64,000 nucleotides of DNA from Aplysia californica (taxonomy: Eukaryota), in NCBI RefSeq assembly GCF_000002075.1, contig NW_004797400.1:2430-66429 (forward strand). Direction: 5' to 3'. The notes under the pieces are model-generated. The model saw only the letters and a list, made by a program, of their open reading frames with translations, was not told where the DNA came from and searched no databases. Shown in pieces: positions 58,601 through 64,000 of the stretch (the stretch's first letter is position 1; each line of letters begins with the position of its first letter). The translations under genes were made by a program, and so were the position numbers.

Positions 58601-61472
58601 ACAAGTGAGGCTTCCGTTCACAAGGAGTGAGCGCACTGATTCCACAATGACTTGACGATCAATTCTTTTCAGTCCGCTCATCAAACGGGATACCAAGCTA
58701 GTATATAAAAAATTTAAAAAATATATATATATATATAAATTTTTATAGTCGAGGGTTTTATGGCGCTCGCTACTGCATAAGGTCATTTGAGCGCCAAGGG
58801 GTGGGTGTCAACAGAGAAGTCTTTACAGGGAATCAGACTTAGACTGCTCACCTCTCTAGCTTCAACAGCACAAGGTCTGCTTCGACTATCAAGGCACCCC
58901 AAAATAGCAGGTCATAACGGAGCGACAAACACACAAAAGAAGTAGAGGAAAATGACAATAGTAAGGATCAGGAAAGAAAACGCAGCAGTTCCCTGTTGTA
59001 CATCAGGCACAGTTATGAGCGTGACATTAGTCAGCCCATTTACAATTCTACTATGCTTGAACGAGAAATGTCCCCCCTTTGGGAATGGCCTAAAGACACT
59101 TCAGTCAGTGGCACTGCCCCGGGGTGTATATATATATATATCAGTGGAGTGTCTTATAATAAAGAAAACCAATACAAGATTTAGGTTTGAGCATTGGCAA
59201 AGTATCATCATGTAGTTAAAGAAAAAGGAGAAAGGGAAATTTCCCCCATAAATCCTAAAAAAATGAAAAGCTGAAAACCTCTTAGCATGTGTGTTTTTCC
59301 CAAATCTTTCATTTCTTTTGCCTGTTCATTCTTTATGAAGGAGAAATGAAGAACAAAGAAAGTAGTATATTCTTCTATGTTGTGTCAAGTGGTGTTAAAG
59401 TTTTCTCTCAAAAAGAAATAGAACACATAGGCCTACACCTTTTGTTTTTCAGATTAATCCCCCCCCCCCCCCACACCTATTCAGAAACAGGAACGATTCA
59501 AAGGTTACCTTTAGATGTACAGGGGAAGTTTTATAAAACAATTCCCCACACTAAGGTAGTATCAGACCATACCAAAATATCTAAGAAAAAATTAATTGAC
59601 TCTACTAAACTCTCACAAGTAAAGCCCCAAAGAAATGAACATCTATAGTATTACATTTAAACTTCTATTTCATCAGCTAGAATACAATTGAAATGTAATT
59701 ATAATTGATATGACCAACTCTTAGCAGTGTGTGCATTGACCTAAGAAATCCCCCCCCCCCCCCCCCCAAAACCACAAAAATTAGGAATTTTCAATTAGAA
59801 GGAAAAAATTCCTTAGAGCATACAGACATTTTGAAGATAGGCCATTCACAGACACAGGAACACAGACATGATTGGATGACAATAATTTATAAAGTAAATG
59901 AATGACTTAACTTTTTAGAGTCTGCTTACTTTGGGAAAAATCATTTGACTGGATTATTATCTATTATCTTAAAACTCTGACCATCCACTTTGCCCATATC
60001 TACATAATCAACAGCTTTTCCAAGTTATGTGTGAGCTTAGAGTGCATGATAACCTTCCAGTATTTCAAGGCAAGACAAACAGAACTTTGAACAGACAACT
60101 AAAACAGTACTACCAGTTCAGTTGACAGAAGTTACAACATCCAAGAAGAAAGAACAACATACTCAATATAAATTTCTCCTTATTCCGGAATTAAACTCAG
60201 ATTTCTTGCTTTCAACAGTGTAGTGCTTAACCATTACACCACAACCATACTTACACACACGCACTTGCCCAATCTACATGTGTGTTTAGATTGCACGATA
60301 ATCTTCATGAGTTCCAAGGCAAGATAAACAGAATTTTTCACATACAACTAAAACAACTAATACTACCAGTTTGGTTGACAGACTGACTGGTATGATTTTA
60401 CCTTGAATCTTTACTTTTTCATCTTGCTCAACTTTAAGACTCTGTGCACATGTTGCCTGAGGGGAAAAAAATTATGTTTATCAAACATAGGAGCAGGCCA
60501 ACGAAACAGATAACTAATTTCATGTGTAAGCAAGTTGCATGTATTAAGATTTGTCAAAATATGAAACCCCTCCCCTCCCCCCAGTTGACCAGTTGCACAG
60601 AACCTATTATAAGCCCTCTTTTCAATTAACCACTCCATACAGAGAATAAAAAAATCAAAATCAGGACAAGATGAAATAGACAAAGCTGCAAAAAAATAGG
60701 AAGAAGGGACTGAATGGAAATGCTTTCCGTGAAATGTATGGGTGATATTAAAAACAAAACAGACACTGCAATTTTAACCATGTCAAAGCTTTAAATTAAT
60801 CAGAACTTTGATAGGATCCAAAGTACACAAATTATTAAACCCACTTCTTTTCAAACGCACCAAAAGGAACAGATAAAAGGAAATTGTGGGCTTACTGCTT
60901 AACCTTTTTCAAACATTTAATTTCTTAAACATTAAACATCTACAGTATGAGAAAACATGGTCCAAATTATTGATTTCATTCATTGTCTGGCATATTTTCC
61001 TACACAATTTGAGGCATGGCCCTCTGATTCATTTAAAACTCGTGTCAGATTCCCTGAATATGATCTCTTTTACGCATCATACAAAATTTTCATTCTTACA
61101 ACTGATATTCTTAACAATTCTTACCAATGATTCCTGGCAGTTTACAAGTTCAGATTGCTTATTGGCACACTCCTGCTTTTCATTATCAAGTTGTATTGTC
61201 TTCTCCGTTACTTCAGCTTTCACAGACTCAAGATTTTTCTTGGCAATACTTAGCTCTTGACGGATTGCATCAAGGCTGCTTTTCACCTGTGTATTTTCAT
61301 CCGAAACGTCTCTTGCCCGATTTTGCATTGAGGTTAATTCAACTACCAGATCAGAGTTTTGACTTGAAAGGCTCCAGTAGTTATAGGCCAGGAAGCAAAC
61401 AAGAACCAAGAGTCCCACTAGTATAAAAGGAGGGGTCCTTCCGGGGGACTGTGATCTGTTTGAGGAGACCAT
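43588..61472 (-). CDS. Golgi membrane protein GOLM1/GOLM2(CASC4)-like type II membrane protein; 7 coding exons, ~327 aa
   Basis: Exons 61472-61125, 60456-60402, 58019-57953, 56957-56832, 50498-50446, 47965-47691 and 43647-43588 join in frame (984 nt) with GT-AG introns. Architecture: short cytosolic tail, TM helix, then NYWSLSS (GRTPPFILVGLLVLVCFLAYNYWSLSS, the GOLM1/CASC4 signature), a coiled coil and an acidic C-terminus. Confidence 0.85.
44164..44964. mobile_element. pogo/Tigger-type MITE
   Basis: TA|CAGTGGAACTCGGATTCAAC ... GTTGAATCCGAGTTCCACTG|TA, a perfect 20-bp TIR. Confidence 0.92.
46158..47206. mobile_element. Non-autonomous TIR element with 6-bp TSD (hAT6-like?)
   Basis: TIR TAGACCTGCATGT / ACATGCAGGTCTA; TSD GTTATA at 46152-46157 and 47207-47212. 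Confidence 0.85.
47691..47965 (-). CDS. GOLM-like coding exon 6 (acidic)
   Basis: APAPAPVENG...EEEEGNEEELNEEEAD...NLKDSE|gtaaca, phase 1->0. Confidence 0.82.
50446..50498 (-). CDS. GOLM-like coding exon 5
   Basis: ctgtttag|PPPVPVKAEQPAQSVQN|gtaag, phase 2->1. Confidence 0.78.
52539..52981. mobile_element. MITE family X, best-preserved copy
   Basis: atatgtgaggcagcgtggtggaatcaggcgcttgtcaa ... ttgacaagcgcctgattccaccacgtcatgacacatat. Confidence 0.88.
53231..53554. mobile_element. Small MITE-like inverted repeat
   Basis: gatgctggtttagttggcaatc ... gattgttaactaaaccagcacc. Confidence 0.55.
54481..54611. other. Assembly gap
   Basis: N run. Confidence 1.
54688..55837. mobile_element. Non-autonomous TIR element with 6-bp TSD (hAT6-like?)
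   Basis: TIR CAGACCTGCCACT / AGTGGCAGGTCTG; subterminal AATCRGGAT repeats; TSD TACTAG at 54682-54687 and 55838-55843. Confidence 0.88.
56832..56957 (-). CDS. GOLM-like coding exon 4
   Basis: ctccag|SCEGPVKEVVVVAAKLTGSQMIGDALAQAGLDAAKLLEGVI|gtaagt, phase 2->2. Confidence 0.8.
57953..58019 (-). CDS. GOLM-like coding exon 3
   Basis: tcttttcacag|GEKDAMQLALDAAKNAPKVCDM|gtatgt, phase 1->2. Confidence 0.8.
58745..59124 (-). mobile_element. Non-tRNA short retroposon (other copy at ~40770-41128; head fragment at 5408-5452)
   Basis: Head CCCCGGGGCAGTGCCACTGACTGAAGTGTCTTTAGGCC; 3' tail nearly identical to the tail of the 31022 SINE. Confidence 0.8.
60402..60456 (-). CDS. GOLM-like coding exon 2
   Basis: ttttttcccctcag|ATCAQSLKVEQDEKVKIQ|gtaaaa, phase 0->1. 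Confidence 0.8.
61125..61472 (-). CDS. GOLM-like coding exon 1 (signal anchor + coiled coil)
   Basis: The acceptor at 61483-61484 implies an upstream non-coding exon; donor gtaag at 61124. Confidence 0.9.
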
Positions 61473-62686
61473 TTTGCTTTACCTGGGGAAGACAATGAAA
61501 AGATTATAGACCTTCATTGAACGACAAAGTTTTCCTTACAAAACCCTTCATAAACGTCCCACCTAACCCTAGCCGCTCTGAAAACACCTGCTCCCTCTCC
61601 TGCCCCCCCCCCCCCTCCCCCGAATTAAATCTAACCAAAAAAGCAACTAATTGTTTAGGTTTAATACCCCTTTCAACCATGATAAGTGAACTAAGTAACA
61701 GGACCTTCAAATTTTACATCAGTCTTTGATACAACCAAGCAAACCCTGGCTGAGAGGGATACAAGATCCCTGAAGAATGACAGAGATATATGAATAAAAA
61801 TTTCTCCCCAATCGGGAATCAAACTCGCGTCTACTGCGTACAACAGTAAAGTGCCTACCCACTACACTACAGATGCCGGTTAACCATATTTACATGCATG
61901 CACTGCCCATTAATTTTTTTTTTAAAAAAGGGAAATTCTTGATTTCATGTGTAAGCGGATAAAAGTGGAGGAGGATAAGGAGAAAGAGGAAAACGAGGAG
62001 GAGGAGGAGGAGTGAGAAATAGAAAAAGAAGGAAGAGGAGGAGGACCATTTTATCGCTACCACCATACTATCAGCTGCTGTCATTTTAGTGCTATGGAGT
62101 CTATTCGGGCAAAAACAGCAGCCACAAAGTTGAAAATTTACTAGAAGTAGAAAAAACATAACACAGCAATGGATCTTTTAACTACATTTGAAGTAGAAGA
62201 ACAGGAGGTTCGAAGAGTAAGGGCGAGCAGCTACAACAACAACAAAACAAAAACAACAACAAAAAACAACAACAGTAGTAGCAGCAGCAGCAGCAGGTCT
62301 TTAGAATTTATGACAGTGTCTGACACGGTACTACTGACACTGTGTGGTCATTCAAATGCCTGAAAAAAAGTAATACTAAAAAAGAAATGAAAGCAGAAAG
62401 CCACACAAAATCTCCTCTACCTCAGCAATGGTTTGGGTGAAGTTGGTTACATCATAGTATATTATTATTATATGCAAAAAGACTTCGTAAGTATCAAAGA
62501 ATACCCCAACATTCTTCAAGGTGCGTGACTTGACAACAACTACTTTATTGAGTTTTCTCAACAATAGAAGAGCAGTCTGTCTCACTCTGTGTCCAATGGC
62601 TATAACAAAGCAATACGACAAAAAGTTACCATTGTTTTGAAAGACTCTAAAATAAACGAATTTGACTTGATCGATTTCAAAGCTTC

Positions 62687-63900
62687 TTACTGAGGCAAAG
62701 TGTCATAGTAATTGTGGTAGCAATGTGGTACGACAGCCTTCAACTCCTGTAGATGTTTATACTGTCAGGCAGTTATCTTCACTCTGTCTTTGCAGAGTTG
62801 TCCAGCAGTAACTTTCGTAAACAGGATGTTCAACTTTCCTTGCAGCGCCTGCCATTCATCATCAAAGTTCAGCTTGAACTGAATTTTAAAGACTGGAGTG
62901 TACTTTGATGCCTGCAAGTCAGTAACAGTAGGATCGCCTGCTTTTCTCCCTGGAAGGATTGGTTAGTACTCTCCGACCTTTGGGAAATCTTTGAGAAAGC
63001 TGTGGTCCAGGTACATAACTTCATTGGGCCTGGGGATGCGTCTGGCTTGGAGCATGATGTTTACGTAGTCCCCTGGGATGTAAATCAGTGCGTTTTTAGA
63101 GCGATCGCTCAATAGTGCCATGGACTGAATCCACCTCCATTTCAGTATGGCCCTTCGTGATCTGCTCAACTGCGATGTCAAGCTCTTTGGCCAGCGAGAC
63201 CATAGCACTCACCAGGGTGGCATTTCTGTCTTGGTAGTTGCACCCATCACTGTAGATGATGAAGTGGTTGAAGTCAGTCACTTGTGATCTCAGGTAGTTG
63301 GAGCTCAAACCACCTTCACTTTCATCCCAGACATATCATCTGGCATCTCTGGTGGCAAGATCCTAAATCGTAAAATTGTGTACAGCAAGTTTTGTTTTAT
63401 AACATGGGGCGGGTGTCTTTAGTGATGGTACCAGGAGGACGCACTGGATCTCCCCACAAAGGACACTCACTTTGTTCTCTGGGTTCAGTGCAGCCTCCCT
63501 GTCCTTCTCCTTCTCTGCTCGAGATGCAGCTTTAATCATATTCATATTTGATGAGCAGTGTATTTTGTTTCTGTGAGGTTTCCAGATTCGAAGCTGGTGC
63601 AAATGTCGCACAGGTCTTTCTTGGTTGAAAGTAAACCCCAGTTGTTTTTCTTGAGCTTTTGGCAGAACACTTGATAGTTTTTTAAAAAAATTTCTGCCTC
63701 TCTGCACATTTCTCCATGTATACTCCATGCACATCTGACGTGTTCTGGATTGTCATCTGCAGACAGGATGGTATACAAAAGTTTGTCCAAAAACTCCTCT
63801 TTATGGAGCAACTTGTCATCCTTGGCTATCTCGTGGGGGGCATGATGAGTTCTTGGGGGACTTTTTTTAGGGTAATGACTGCAATAAACACTGCAAATGA
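62687..63900 (-). pseudogene. Degenerate Sola1-like DDE transposase
   Basis: Frameshifted fragments KKDLCDIC, CYKTKLAVHNFTI, FIIYSDGCNYQDRN, KGHTEMEVDSVHGTIERSL and QYKHLQELKAVVPHCYHNYYDTLPQ*. Family assigned from recalled motifs. Confidence 0.8.
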
Positions 63901-64000
63901 AAAAAAGAAGAAGCACTTAAAACAACAATGATTGTTGGGGGCAGGCGGTGTGCTGGACAGGTCCCACATTTTTTTTCATAGTGAGTTAGTAAATAATTAA

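Noticed and set aside
1-64000. CRISPR arrays, rRNA, operon-type systems, intronic snoRNAs
   Set aside because: This is eukaryotic DNA. I saw no regularly spaced repeats or rRNA motifs, and no C/D or H/ACA candidates I could support by eye; an Infernal/Rfam scan is needed to exclude them.

Overview
AT-rich animal genomic DNA with spliceosomal introns, dense transposon debris and three assembly gaps. The repeat style suggests a mollusc (inference only). Three intact protein-coding genes were rebuilt by hand with GT-AG junctions and consistent phases. (1) An ARL14EP-like gene on the minus strand: 3 coding exons, 15605->11811, ~204 aa. (2) GTPBP3/MnmE, the mitochondrial tRNA-modification GTPase, on the plus strand: 8 coding exons, 19601-30784, ~530 aa, head-to-head with (1). 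(3) A GOLM1/GOLM2(CASC4)-family type II Golgi membrane protein on the minus strand: 7 coding exons, 61472->43588, ~327 aa, with a 3'-UTR intron and probably a multi-kb 3' UTR, convergent with GTPBP3. The rest is repeats: RTE, Rex1/Babar-like and Ingi/I-like LINE remnants, tRNA/CORE SINEs, pogo/Tigger and piggyBac-like MITEs, a degenerate Sola1-like transposase, and several TIR elements. Most notable observations: TA-NNNN-TA palindromes that are insertions relative to a paralogous MITE copy (candidate excision footprints); three TIR elements with perfect 6-bp target duplications; several short non-tRNA retroposon families sharing one 3' stem-loop tail; Penelope-type hammerhead-like motifs; and inverted repeat pairs flanking exons. 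I found no clearly new protein-based system; the candidates are at the level of non-coding or mobile DNA.
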